A DNA stretch of 62,613 nucleotides from Verrucomicrobiota bacterium (lineage in GTDB: Bacteria; Verrucomicrobiota; Verrucomicrobiia; Limisphaerales; CANJSG01): positions 1-62,613 of the forward strand of contig JBBQXJ010000017.1 in the NCBI GenBank assembly GCA_038209745.1, read 5' to 3'. This document shows positions 19,894 to 28,545 of this stretch, one piece after another; the first letter of the stretch is position 1; each line of letters starts with the position of its first letter. A program made the position numbers and the translations under genes. Under the pieces are notes generated by a model, which saw only the letters and a list, made by a program, of their open reading frames with translations, was not told the origin of the DNA and searched no databases.

Positions 19894-20196
19894 CTACTGC
19901 TCGCCGAACTTGGTGGCCAAGAGCCTCTCGAGTTCGTCCAGCGCGGCCGTGGCGTCGCCGCCCTCTGCCGTCAGGCGGATGCGGCAGCCGGGACCGGCGG
20001 CCAGCATCATCAATCCCATGATGCTCTTGCCGTTGACGGTTTCACCGTCCTTCTCGACGAAGATGCTGGCTTCGAACTTGTTGGCGGTTTTGACGAACAG
20101 CGCCGCGGGCCGGGCATGGATGCCCTTCAAATTGGATACCACCAGCTCGCGCTGGAGAGTTCCTGCCTTGGTCGTCGTTGTGTTGCCACCGCTCAT
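19894..20196 (-). CDS. ptsH: Phosphocarrier protein HPr
   Basis: GIHARPAALFVK and NGKSIMGLMML motifs. Confidence 0.95.
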   Translation of the reverse strand: MSGGNTTTTKAGTLQRELVVSNLKGIHARPAALFVKTANKFEASIFVEKDGETVNGKSIMGLMMLAAGPGCRIRLTAEGGDATAALDELERLLATKFGEQ

Positions 20197-20321
20197 CGGA
20201 GCGGGAGTCTTGGGGACGGAGGCTTGATTGGCGAACGAAATTTCTCCGGGCAAGATTTCGGCGTGGAGGCCCCGATCTCGTAAGCCAGGGCCTACCCCCG
20301 CTGCGTCGTTCGGGGAACCGC

Positions 20322-21743
20322 CTATTTGCTTGGATTGGGAGCAGCGCCGTCCTGCCTGTTGAGCTGTTCCGCGCTGATCGCGGAGGGCGCGGGGTGGGCG
20401 AGGGTCAACGCAGCCTTGTCGTCCGCCCGCTTCAATTCGGAAGCGAGGCGGGCCGTCAGCTCCCGGACCCTGATCGCGTGGGCCGGATCATCGGCGAGGT
20501 TGCGCGTCTCGAATGGATCCGTGAAAAGGTCGAAGAGCTGGGTCACATCGACCTTGGGATAGCGGATGAGCTTCCAGCGGTCGTCACGGATGGCCCGCTG
20601 CACGTCCCGATAGGCGAACACCAGATCGGACCTTCCCGCGTGGCCGGGATCACGCAGCACCGCGCTCAGGTCCAGGCCGTCGTTGCCTTCGGGTGCGGGC
20701 ACATGGCAGACGGAGCCCAGCGTGGGGAGCACGTCGAAAAGGTAGCACATCGCGTCGGTCTTCCGGTCCGCAGGAATGCCCGGGCCGGAGACGACGAGCG
20801 GGACCCCGACGGAGTGTTCGTAGAGGTTCTGCTTGCCGATCAAGCCGTGGCTGCCGCGCGCGACCCCCGAGTCGGCGGCGAAGACCACGATGGTGTTCTT
20901 GGCGAAGGGCGACGCTGCCAGCGCGTCGAGCACCTGGCCGATCAAGGAGTCGAGGTAGGAGATGTAGCGGTAGTATTCGGCGATCTGTGTCTGCACCTGC
21001 GCGGGGGTTCGCGGCCACGGCAACAGCCGCTCGTCGCGGACTTCCATCTCTCCGTTGTTGAACGGATGCAGCGGGAGAAAGTTCGGAGGAACCGGGATCG
21101 TGGCCGGGTCGTAGTGGACGGGAAAGTCCTCCGGCACGATGTGGGGATCGTGCGGGGCGTCGAACGGCACGTAGGCGAAGAACGGCCCTGATTTGTGTTC
21201 CTTGAGGAAGCGCACGGTTTCATCCGCGAACGCCTGGCAGGCGTGCTTTGAGGACAGTTTCGGTGGGGTCAGGCGACCGTCCTCCACGTGGCTCAGCTTT
21301 GCGTGCATCGGATCCGTCATACCGCCGACGAAGACGCTGCGTGCGATCTGGAAGACTTTCGGCAGAGAACGGTTCCCGTTGTGCCATTTGCCGCTGGTGA
21401 AGGTCGTGTAGCCGGCCTTCGCGAACGCTTCGGGCCACGAGACGCCGCTCAGCATCGTCTCGTCGGCGTGGAACAGGGAGCGGCCCGACAGCAGCATCGC
21501 GCGCGACGGGACACAGGTGGCGCCGTGGAAGCCTCCCTGCATGTAGGCACGGTTGAACGACAGTCCGCCGCGAACCAGCCGGTCGAGGTTCGGCGTCCGG
21601 ATCACGGGATTGCCCAGCGCGGCGATCGTGTCCGCCCGCTGGTCGTCGGCGAAGAGGAACAGAATGTTGGGCGGCGAATCGGCCGCTCGGGAGGCGGTGC
21701 CTCCGATGAGGACCAGGCAGAGACCGAGGAGGAGCTTGATCAT
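20322..21743 (-). CDS. Formylglycine-dependent sulfatase (S1 family)
   Basis: Signal peptide, PNILFLFADDQ, TPNLDRL, CVPSRAMLLSG, GKWH, PHDP, GKQNLYE. Confidence 0.93.
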   Translation of the reverse strand: MIKLLLGLCLVLIGGTASRAADSPPNILFLFADDQRADTIAALGNPVIRTPNLDRLVRGGLSFNRAYMQGGFHGATCVPSRAMLLSGRSLFHADETMLSGVSWPEAFAKAGYTTFTSGKWHNGNRSLPKVFQIARSVFVGGMTDPMHAKLSHVEDGRLTPPKLSSKHACQAFADETVRFLKEHKSGPFFAYVPFDAPHDPHIVPEDFPVHYDPATIPVPPNFLPLHPFNNGEMEVRDERLLPWPRTPAQVQTQIAEYYRYISYLDSLIGQVLDALAASPFAKNTIVVFAADSGVARGSHGLIGKQNLYEHSVGVPLVVSGPGIPADRKTDAMCYLFDVLPTLGSVCHVPAPEGNDGLDLSAVLRDPGHAGRSDLVFAYRDVQRAIRDDRWKLIRYPKVDVTQLFDLFTDPFETRNLADDPAHAIRVRELTARLASELKRADDKAALTLAHPAPSAISAEQLNRQDGAAPNPSK

Positions 21744-21852
21744 GGGAAGGTCGGTGGTTCGCGGGGGAGCCTGCTCCCGGATCGTTGCGGATTGAAGGCT
21801 GAAGTCCTTCTTCAGCGGGCGTCTCCGGCTCCTGCCCGGTCTCGGCGCGGGC

Positions 21853-22677
21853 CTATGGATTCGCGTCGGCGGCCCCAGGGATGTCCAGCTTGAAGAGCCG
21901 TGCGGCGTTCTTCCACAGGATCTGCTCCTTGTTGACGGGAGGCAGGCCCAGCTCGTGGACAAACTTCAGGTAGGTGCGCATCCGGCAGATCGGCCAGTCC
22001 GTCCCGTAGAGCAGATAGCGCGGCTCGCCGGCGTAGAGGATCATCTCCTTCACCTGCTGGAGCATGAACTTCTTGAAGTGCGACTTGAAGTCGCCCAGCA
22101 CCAGGCCGGAGATGTCGGCGTAGACGTTCTTGTTCTTGTAGACGATCTCCATGCAGTCGCGGATCCAGGGGTTGCCGATGTGGCAGACCACGAGCTTGAG
22201 GGCGGGATTGTCGACCGCCACGTCGTCGATGTGGAGCGGGTGCGAATAGCGGAGCTTGCCCTTGGGATTGAACGTGTCGCCGGTGTGGATCATGACCGGC
22301 ACGTCGAACTCCATGGCCAGGTCGTAGATCACCTGGCAACGCTTGTCATAGGGGTAGAACGGCTCGTATCCGGGATAAAGCTTCAGCCCGACCACCCGGC
22401 GGTCCTTCAGGAAATCGGCGACCTCCCGCAGGTCGCGCTCGCGGTAGTTCTCGAAGCTGATGCCGGCGACCACGTGGAGGTTGTCGATTCCTTCGGTGGC
22501 CTTGACGACCTGGGCGGTGGAGGGGCGGTGCTCGTTGACCATGTAGGACGTCAGCACCATGGCGTGGTCCACCTTGTTGTAGGCCAGGGATTCTTGGAGC
22601 TGCTCCAGGCATTTCTCCACGGGGACGACCTGGGTTTCGTCGTAGTTGTTCAGGTGCGTATGGACGTCAATGATCAT
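21853..22677 (-). CDS. Amidohydrolase_2 family protein
   Basis: IIDVHTH, GLKLYPGY, VMIHTG, CHIGNP, YADISG, YGTDWP. Confidence 0.9.
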   Translation of the reverse strand: MIIDVHTHLNNYDETQVVPVEKCLEQLQESLAYNKVDHAMVLTSYMVNEHRPSTAQVVKATEGIDNLHVVAGISFENYRERDLREVADFLKDRRVVGLKLYPGYEPFYPYDKRCQVIYDLAMEFDVPVMIHTGDTFNPKGKLRYSHPLHIDDVAVDNPALKLVVCHIGNPWIRDCMEIVYKNKNVYADISGLVLGDFKSHFKKFMLQQVKEMILYAGEPRYLLYGTDWPICRMRTYLKFVHELGLPPVNKEQILWKNAARLFKLDIPGAADANP

Positions 22678-22763
22678 CGGTGAGCCTTTCCGTTCCGCTG
22701 GAAGCCGGGAAGCGGGCGCCGCTCCAAGGAACATTCAATCCTAGCACATTTGGCGGCTCCAAG

Positions 22764-23774
22764 TCACGTCCCCAGCAGGGTTCCCTCCAGGAAGGCAGTT
22801 CCGTTTTCCAGGGCGAGAAGGTTTTCCACAGTGACGCGCGCGATCTCGTCGAGAGCTTCGCGGGTGAGGAACGCCTGGTGCGCGGTGATGAGCACGTTGG
22901 GGAAGGTCAACAACCGGCCCAGGACGTCGTCCTGGAGAACGCCGTCGGAATGGTCCTCGAAGAAGATCCCTTCCTCCTCCTCGTAGACGTCCAGGGCCAC
23001 GCCGCCGATCCGGCCCGTCTTCAGGGCCAATATGAGCGGGGCGGTATCGATGAGCTTGCCTCGGCTGGTGTTCACGAGATGGGCGCCGGGTTTCATCAAC
23101 GCCAGGGTCCGGGCGTTGATGAGATGGCGGGACTCCGGGGTCAGCGGCAGGTGCAGCGAGACGATGTCGCCCGCGCCCAGGAGCGCGTCCATGCCGGTGT
23201 ATTCGACGCCGTGCCGCTTCGCCCATTCGGGATCTGGAAACGGATCACAGGCCAGCACTCGCGTGCCGAACCCGCGAAAGATCTGCGCGGCGATCCGGCC
23301 GATCTTGCCGGTGCCGATGATCCCCACGGTTTTGCCATGGAGATCGAAGCCGACGAGACCTCCGAGGGAGAAGTTCAGCTCCCGCACGCGATTGTGGGCG
23401 CGGTGGATCTTGCGGTTCAGGGTGAGCAGCAGCGCCACCGTGTGCTCGGCGACGGCGTGGGGCGAATAGGCGGGCACGCGGGTGACGGCGACGCCCAGTT
23501 CGCGCGCGGCCTTCACGTCCACGTTGTTGAAGCCGGCGCAGCGCAGCGCCACCAGCCGCACGCCTTCCCGCGCGAGGATCTCCAGACAGGCTCGGTCCAC
23601 TCGGTCGTTGACGAAGACACACACGGCCTGGGCGCCCCGGGCGGTGGTGGCGGTCTCTGCGTTGAGCCGGAACTCGTGGAAACGCCAGTCCACCCGGTCA
23701 TGGCCGGGTGTCTTGCCGAAGAACTCGCGGTCGTAGGATTTGGCGTCGTAGAGGGCGGTGGTCTTGGAGGGCAT
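22764..23774 (-). CDS. ldhA: D-lactate dehydrogenase (D-2-hydroxyacid dehydrogenase)
   Basis: ALRCAGFNNVD, VPAYSPHAVAEH, IIGTGKIG, NTSRG, LDVYEEE, HQAFLTREAL. Confidence 0.92.
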   Translation of the reverse strand: MPSKTTALYDAKSYDREFFGKTPGHDRVDWRFHEFRLNAETATTARGAQAVCVFVNDRVDRACLEILAREGVRLVALRCAGFNNVDVKAARELGVAVTRVPAYSPHAVAEHTVALLLTLNRKIHRAHNRVRELNFSLGGLVGFDLHGKTVGIIGTGKIGRIAAQIFRGFGTRVLACDPFPDPEWAKRHGVEYTGMDALLGAGDIVSLHLPLTPESRHLINARTLALMKPGAHLVNTSRGKLIDTAPLILALKTGRIGGVALDVYEEEEGIFFEDHSDGVLQDDVLGRLLTFPNVLITAHQAFLTREALDEIARVTVENLLALENGTAFLEGTLLGT

Positions 23775-23822
23775 GGGTGGGGTGACGTTGACGGTGGATT
23801 CTTCGACGCAGGAGCCGTCCCT

Positions 23823-24779
23823 CTATTTTGGCCAGAGAGTTCCCACGTAGACGATGTAGCCCCCGAGGAGCAATCCGGCCTCCCAGCGTTGCAGGATGCG
23901 TCCGCTCCACAGCATGGGGACCAGAGCGACGGCGAACGCGATCGCCACATACAGATCGGTCATCTTGATTCCCTCGCCCGTCATAGGACGGACCAGGGCC
24001 GCCATGCCCAGGATGCCCAGCATATTGAAAATGTTGGAGCCGATGATGTTTCCCAGCGCGATGTCGGGCTCCTTTTTGAGGGCCGCCACGATGCAGGTGA
24101 CCAGTTCGGGCATGCTCGTGCCCAGCGCCACGATGGTCAGCCCGATGATCGCCTCGTCGATCCCGAAGCCACGGGCCAACCGCGTCGCCCCGTCCACGAG
24201 AAAGTGTGATCCGGCGGCTAGCAGCCCGAGGCCGGCGATGATGAGCAGCAGATCGCGCCAGAGGCTCCCGCGCGCCGCGGGAACCGCCTTCGCGAATTCC
24301 GCCTCCACCTCGGGGGAGACATTCATCCTCTTCGCATACCGCACGGTGAAAGCTGTGTAGGCGATGATTCCGGCGAACAGGACGGCCCCCTCCATCCGGC
24401 CGATCGCGAGGTCGGAGAGCATCCAGGCGGCCAGGATGGAGGCTCCGACCATGATGGGCGTGTCGATGCGGAGAATCTGGAGCTTCACCCGCAACGGACA
24501 AATCAGCGCGGTGAGGGCGAGGATCAGGCCGATGTTGAGGGAATTCGATCCGATCACGTTGCCGATGGCCACGGCGCCCCTCCCGGCGAGCGTCGCCTGC
24601 ACGCTGACCACCATCTCCGGCGCGCTCGTGCCGAAGGCGACCACCGTCAATCCCACCACCAGCGGCGTCAGGCCGAGGCGCAGTGCCAACGCCGAGCTGC
24701 CGCGCACCAGTCCCTCACCGCCGAAGAACAGCAGCACGAGACCGAACAGGACGAACAGGGTGGGAGATGGGATGGACAT
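23823..24779 (-). CDS. Ca2+/Na+ antiporter (CaCA/YrbG family)
   Basis: Two alpha repeats: GTSAPE...GNVIGSN and GTSMPE...GNIIGSNIFN. Confidence 0.93.
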   Translation of the reverse strand: MSIPSPTLFVLFGLVLLFFGGEGLVRGSSALALRLGLTPLVVGLTVVAFGTSAPEMVVSVQATLAGRGAVAIGNVIGSNSLNIGLILALTALICPLRVKLQILRIDTPIMVGASILAAWMLSDLAIGRMEGAVLFAGIIAYTAFTVRYAKRMNVSPEVEAEFAKAVPAARGSLWRDLLLIIAGLGLLAAGSHFLVDGATRLARGFGIDEAIIGLTIVALGTSMPELVTCIVAALKKEPDIALGNIIGSNIFNMLGILGMAALVRPMTGEGIKMTDLYVAIAFAVALVPMLWSGRILQRWEAGLLLGGYIVYVGTLWPK

Positions 24780-24842
24780 GGAATGTGTGGGCTCGGTGAC
24801 GGGAGACCATCAGTCTTCGGGACGCCGCGCGGATGGCTCTCT

Positions 24843-24989
24843 TCAGGGGATGGGGTTGGTCGGAGAGTCGGACTCTCCCGTGGTGTTCGAGGTCTCCTGC
24901 TCGATCTCCTTCGCCTGATCCGAGCTGCGGAGCAGGCGGTCGGCTTTGGCGAGTTGCTCCACCGCGCGGCGTTCCATGACAGTTGCCAT
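24843..24989 (-). pseudogene. 48-aa mini-ORF, possible remnant of a deleted gene
   Basis: ATG 1 bp after the upstream stop; MATVMERRAVEQLAKADRLLRSSDQAKEIEQE...; no recognisable domain. Confidence 0.3.
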
Positions 24990-24990
24990 T

Positions 24991-25455
24991 TCATGGCGAA
25001 TCTGGCCCGGGGTGGTCGGCCTCGGCCTGCGCAATGTGTCCGTTGTGGGCGGCGAAATCCTCGTCCTCGCCCCGGAGCAGCTCCGGTAGGACTTCGCGGA
25101 AGTCCCTTCGTCGGCACCATTCGCGCATGTAGTCCTCCCACGAGAGCCAGAGCCGGCGGGTCTGGCGGTCCATTCTGTCCTCATAGACGAGGATGTTGAG
25201 GAGGGTGTATTTGCGCTCGCGCTGGTCGTCGGTCAGCAGCGGCTCTGCGCCCTGTTTGCGCAGCAGATGCAGGTCGGCGTTGTCCAGGGCCAGCTTCAGG
25301 AAGCTGGTGTAGTCGTCCGAGAGGCGCTGGTAGATCTCCTCCTGGTCGTTCTGCCGTTCGCGTCGCTGTTCCCGGACGAAGACGAGGATGGCCAGAGGTA
25401 AACCGACGATGGTCACCACGTAGCTGGCCGCTTCCAGGAGTTCGATGGTCGTCAT
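24991..25455 (-). CDS. Conserved hypothetical protein with an N-terminal TM helix (DUF4760-like)
   Basis: TM segment followed by helical EEIYQRLSDDY...WLSWEDYMREWCRR. Confidence 0.7.
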   Translation of the reverse strand: MTTIELLEAASYVVTIVGLPLAILVFVREQRRERQNDQEEIYQRLSDDYTSFLKLALDNADLHLLRKQGAEPLLTDDQRERKYTLLNILVYEDRMDRQTRRLWLSWEDYMREWCRRRDFREVLPELLRGEDEDFAAHNGHIAQAEADHPGPDSP

Positions 25456-25471
25456 GGGGAATCGCCGGGGT

Positions 25472-25579
25472 TCATGCGCCGCCGGCTGCTCTGCGCCGGC
25501 CCCGTTTCTCGACCTCGAGCCGTCGCGCGATCTCCTCGGTCGGCAGCGGGTGCCAAGTGGGGTCGGGCTCTGGGTTCAT
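25472..25579 (-). pseudogene. Probable collapsed cation-transporting P-type ATPase (N- and C-termini fused, 35 aa)
   Basis: MNPEPDPTWHPLPTEEIARRL resembles the 'WH.l..eev...L' start and EVEKRGRRR the 'E.EK...RR' end of type II P-type ATPases. Confidence 0.5.
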
Positions 25580-25905
25580 CACAGGGTTGGGCGAGCGTTT
25601 CGTTGCGCGTCCACAATGCACCGCCGGAGCTTCGGGAGGCAACGCGGACCGGCCTTGCCCCCTGTGGAATTCCCGGTGCTTGTTTCCACCGGGCACGGGC
25701 AAGTCGCCTCCCCGGCTCGACAGACTTGTCCAACGGATTTCGGCGGCTTTGCGGGGACCGGACCGGAGGTTCCGGACGAAGAGCGTGACAGTGAACAGGT
25801 GAAGGAGAACGTGGGTGTTCCCGGCTTCAAGAGGGCGCAATGGCCTCCAGAAGCGCGCCGCATCGTGGGGTGACGGCCCGGGCCACGCTTGATGGAAGTC
25901 GCCGT

Positions 25906-28287
25906 CTACTGCGTTTCGATGCGGTAGAAGCGGGTCGCCATGCCCATCGCGACCGGATCTTCCACCGCGACCGAACGGGCCGCCGGTGTGGGATCCAAAA
26001 CTATCAACTGCTGCCACAAGCCGGTGGCCAGGGAATCCCGATACTGGATGAAGTAGCCTTGGTTGGCCGCGGCGGTGAACTGGATCTGGATCGTGTTCGA
26101 TGTCGTGAGCGACGCCGTTGCGATGAGCGGCGAACCCGCGACGGTCCAGGTCGACGAGCGGGTGAGAACCGCGGCGTCACCGAGGAGCGGATCGTCCTGA
26201 TAGAGCCCGGAATCGCGCTTGCCGCTGACTTCCACGTGATGGGCGCCTGGAGCCAGATTCGTCAGGGTGATCGGTGTGGCGACGGGGGTTTCCCCGCTCC
26301 AGTCGCCGCCATCGAGGCGCCACTTGTAGGCGGTGTAGCCGGAGCCGTCGGGCCAGTCGTTCGACGGAATGCCGCTGCCGGTGCGGTTCAAGCCGACCAC
26401 CAGGGTGGCTTCGGTCGCCATGGTGGCTCCGGGTTCACCGGAGATGGAGGAGCCCATGGGAACCACGCCGCCGATGTCCTGGCCGTTGGGTCCGGCGCCG
26501 AGGGCGGGCGAGCCGGGCAGGAGGCTGAACCAATCCCAAAGGATCTGCGCCTCGGCCCAGTTGGTGAAGTAGGTGTCCGCGAGCTGGGGGATGTGTTTCA
26601 ACATCGGATCCGCGGCGGAGTTGCCACCGCCTGGACCGGTCCAGGGGAGCGAGGTCAGGTTGTTCGTGAAGGTGACCCGCGCGGTGGTCACGTTGCGGGT
26701 GAGCGCCTCGACGTCGTAGAGGACGTTCCCTTCGAGGTAGCAGCCGGCGCCCTGGGTCGTGCCGTCGTCCGCCAGAATGACGACCGCACCCGCGGTGTCG
26801 ACGCCTCCCTGGTGGGTCTGGTGGACGACGGTGTTGTTGATCATCGTGTAGAAATTGCCCTGCTTCGCGTCGGCCGCTTCATCGCAGTCGTAGAAGAGGT
26901 TCCCGATCATGGTGATGTCGGAAACGCTGCTGCCGTCGCTGCCGCCGCTGACGCCGCTGGACGAATCCGGAGTGCCCGCGTTCTTGTGGAAGTGCAGGAA
27001 GATGTTGCCCTCGACCCACGCGTCCGTCCCGTCGATGTCGAACCCGTCGTCGTCGCTGCCGACCAGGACGTTCTCGAGGAAATGGACGATGGGTCCCGGA
27101 CGTTTGCCACCGGTGAAGTCCACCACGTCGCTGTAGCCCCTCGCTTTGCCGAAGAAATTCCGCACGAAGATCCCGTGGCCGTCGCTCCGGATGCCGCCCG
27201 CACCGTGCACTGGTTCGAAGGAGGCCGTGCCCGGAGGAAAGTGGCAGTGACTGATGACGAAGGACGCATCGTCCACGTGGATGTAGGGCGCGCCGGCATT
27301 GAGGAAAACGAGGGAATCAAGGACGACGCTGCCGGCCGACACCTGGATGCACGGTGTGCCGGTGGAGTTGGCGTTGAACTCAAATCGCGCGTGGGTGATC
27401 CGTGACTCGGGGGAACCAATGCCGCCATTGATCGTCACGTTGCCCCAATTGCCGCTCGCGCCGGAGCGGGTGAAGACGATCGGGGCGTTGGTCGTGCCTT
27501 CGGCCAGCAGAATCCCACCGTTGGCGACCGTCAGGTTCACGCCGGCGCCGAGCTCGACAGTGACGCCCGGCTCGATGACGAGCGTCTCGCCGTTGGCGAC
27601 GGTCACGCTGGCGGTCAGGACGATTGGACTGTTGGTGGCGGACCAGTGGTTCGTGACCGGCGGTGGCGGCACGTCGTAGTAGAGGTCGGACACGAGGAGG
27701 CAGTCGCTGCTGCTGGCGCTCTGGTTGATCGCCATGATCGCCAGCGTATGCGTTCCTGGAACGGCCAGCGCGCTTGCCAGCCCGAGGTCGGCGATCGTGG
27801 CGGGCTGCGGGGAGCTGTTGCCGAGCGACGATTCACGGCTGCCGCTCGCGGTGGCGTTGCTCGCGGGCTGTGCCGGCGCTCCGGGGGAGTTCACGCTGCC
27901 GAGATAGACCCCGTCCAGCCAGACGATGTAGCCGTCGTCCCAGTCCATCTTGAGGAACAGATGCGCGTCCGCCGGAAGCGCGGCGGCGACGGTGAACTGC
28001 TTCCTCAGGTAAAACGTGGTGTAGCCGCCTGCCATGTCGGAGAGGACGGTCTGGAGATTGGCCCTTTCCGGTGCGTTGTCGGCATAGCCGAATCCGCCGT
28101 TGCCCGTGAGCCAGCCGGTGCCCAGCGCCGCGTCGGCGGTGGTCTTCCAGTCGGTCTGTGGTGCGCTGGTTCCTTTCCGGTAGCGCCAAGCGTCCCCGTG
28201 TTGGAGCAAGGGCACGGGTGCGGCGAAGGTGGCGGTTGCGAAGGCCGCAAAGATGAGGGCGGCGCCGGAAAGGAAACGTCTGGGCAC
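25906..28287 (-). CDS. Large secreted protein: N-terminal galactose-binding-like domain, right-handed beta-helix region, C-terminal RFYR domain
   Basis: Signal peptide; WRYRKG...GGFGY...YLRKQF; TLVIEPGVTV...GTTNAPIVFT; DDGFDIDGTDAWVEGNIF; ends TRFYRIETQ. Confidence 0.85.
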   Translation of the reverse strand: MPRRFLSGAALIFAAFATATFAAPVPLLQHGDAWRYRKGTSAPQTDWKTTADAALGTGWLTGNGGFGYADNAPERANLQTVLSDMAGGYTTFYLRKQFTVAAALPADAHLFLKMDWDDGYIVWLDGVYLGSVNSPGAPAQPASNATASGSRESSLGNSSPQPATIADLGLASALAVPGTHTLAIMAINQSASSSDCLLVSDLYYDVPPPPVTNHWSATNSPIVLTASVTVANGETLVIEPGVTVELGAGVNLTVANGGILLAEGTTNAPIVFTRSGASGNWGNVTINGGIGSPESRITHARFEFNANSTGTPCIQVSAGSVVLDSLVFLNAGAPYIHVDDASFVISHCHFPPGTASFEPVHGAGGIRSDGHGIFVRNFFGKARGYSDVVDFTGGKRPGPIVHFLENVLVGSDDDGFDIDGTDAWVEGNIFLHFHKNAGTPDSSSGVSGGSDGSSVSDITMIGNLFYDCDEAADAKQGNFYTMINNTVVHQTHQGGVDTAGAVVILADDGTTQGAGCYLEGNVLYDVEALTRNVTTARVTFTNNLTSLPWTGPGGGNSAADPMLKHIPQLADTYFTNWAEAQILWDWFSLLPGSPALGAGPNGQDIGGVVPMGSSISGEPGATMATEATLVVGLNRTGSGIPSNDWPDGSGYTAYKWRLDGGDWSGETPVATPITLTNLAPGAHHVEVSGKRDSGLYQDDPLLGDAAVLTRSSTWTVAGSPLIATASLTTSNTIQIQFTAAANQGYFIQYRDSLATGLWQQLIVLDPTPAARSVAVEDPVAMGMATRFYRIETQ

Positions 28288-28545
28288 GAGTCATTTTTAG
28301 ACCAACGCGGCGATTGGGCGCAATCGCACAGGTCGATGCCGGGTCAATGGGTCGGGTGGCACGAGATGGATCCCGTCAGCCGGTAAAGTTCGGACAATCG
28401 GGGCGAATGGTCGGTCCCGGGCAGGGAAGCACGAAGGGGAGATTTGGCTTCCCGAGGCATTGTTGTTCGGATAACACGCCGCACCGATTTTTGCCCCCTC
28501 TTGGGCAGTTTGATCGCGTCCATAAACTTGTCCCTAGATCCGCCC

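Noticed and set aside
28357..28372. TGGCAC upstream of amtB as a sigma-54 promoter
   Set aside because: The -12 TTGC element is absent at the required spacing (reads GGAT).
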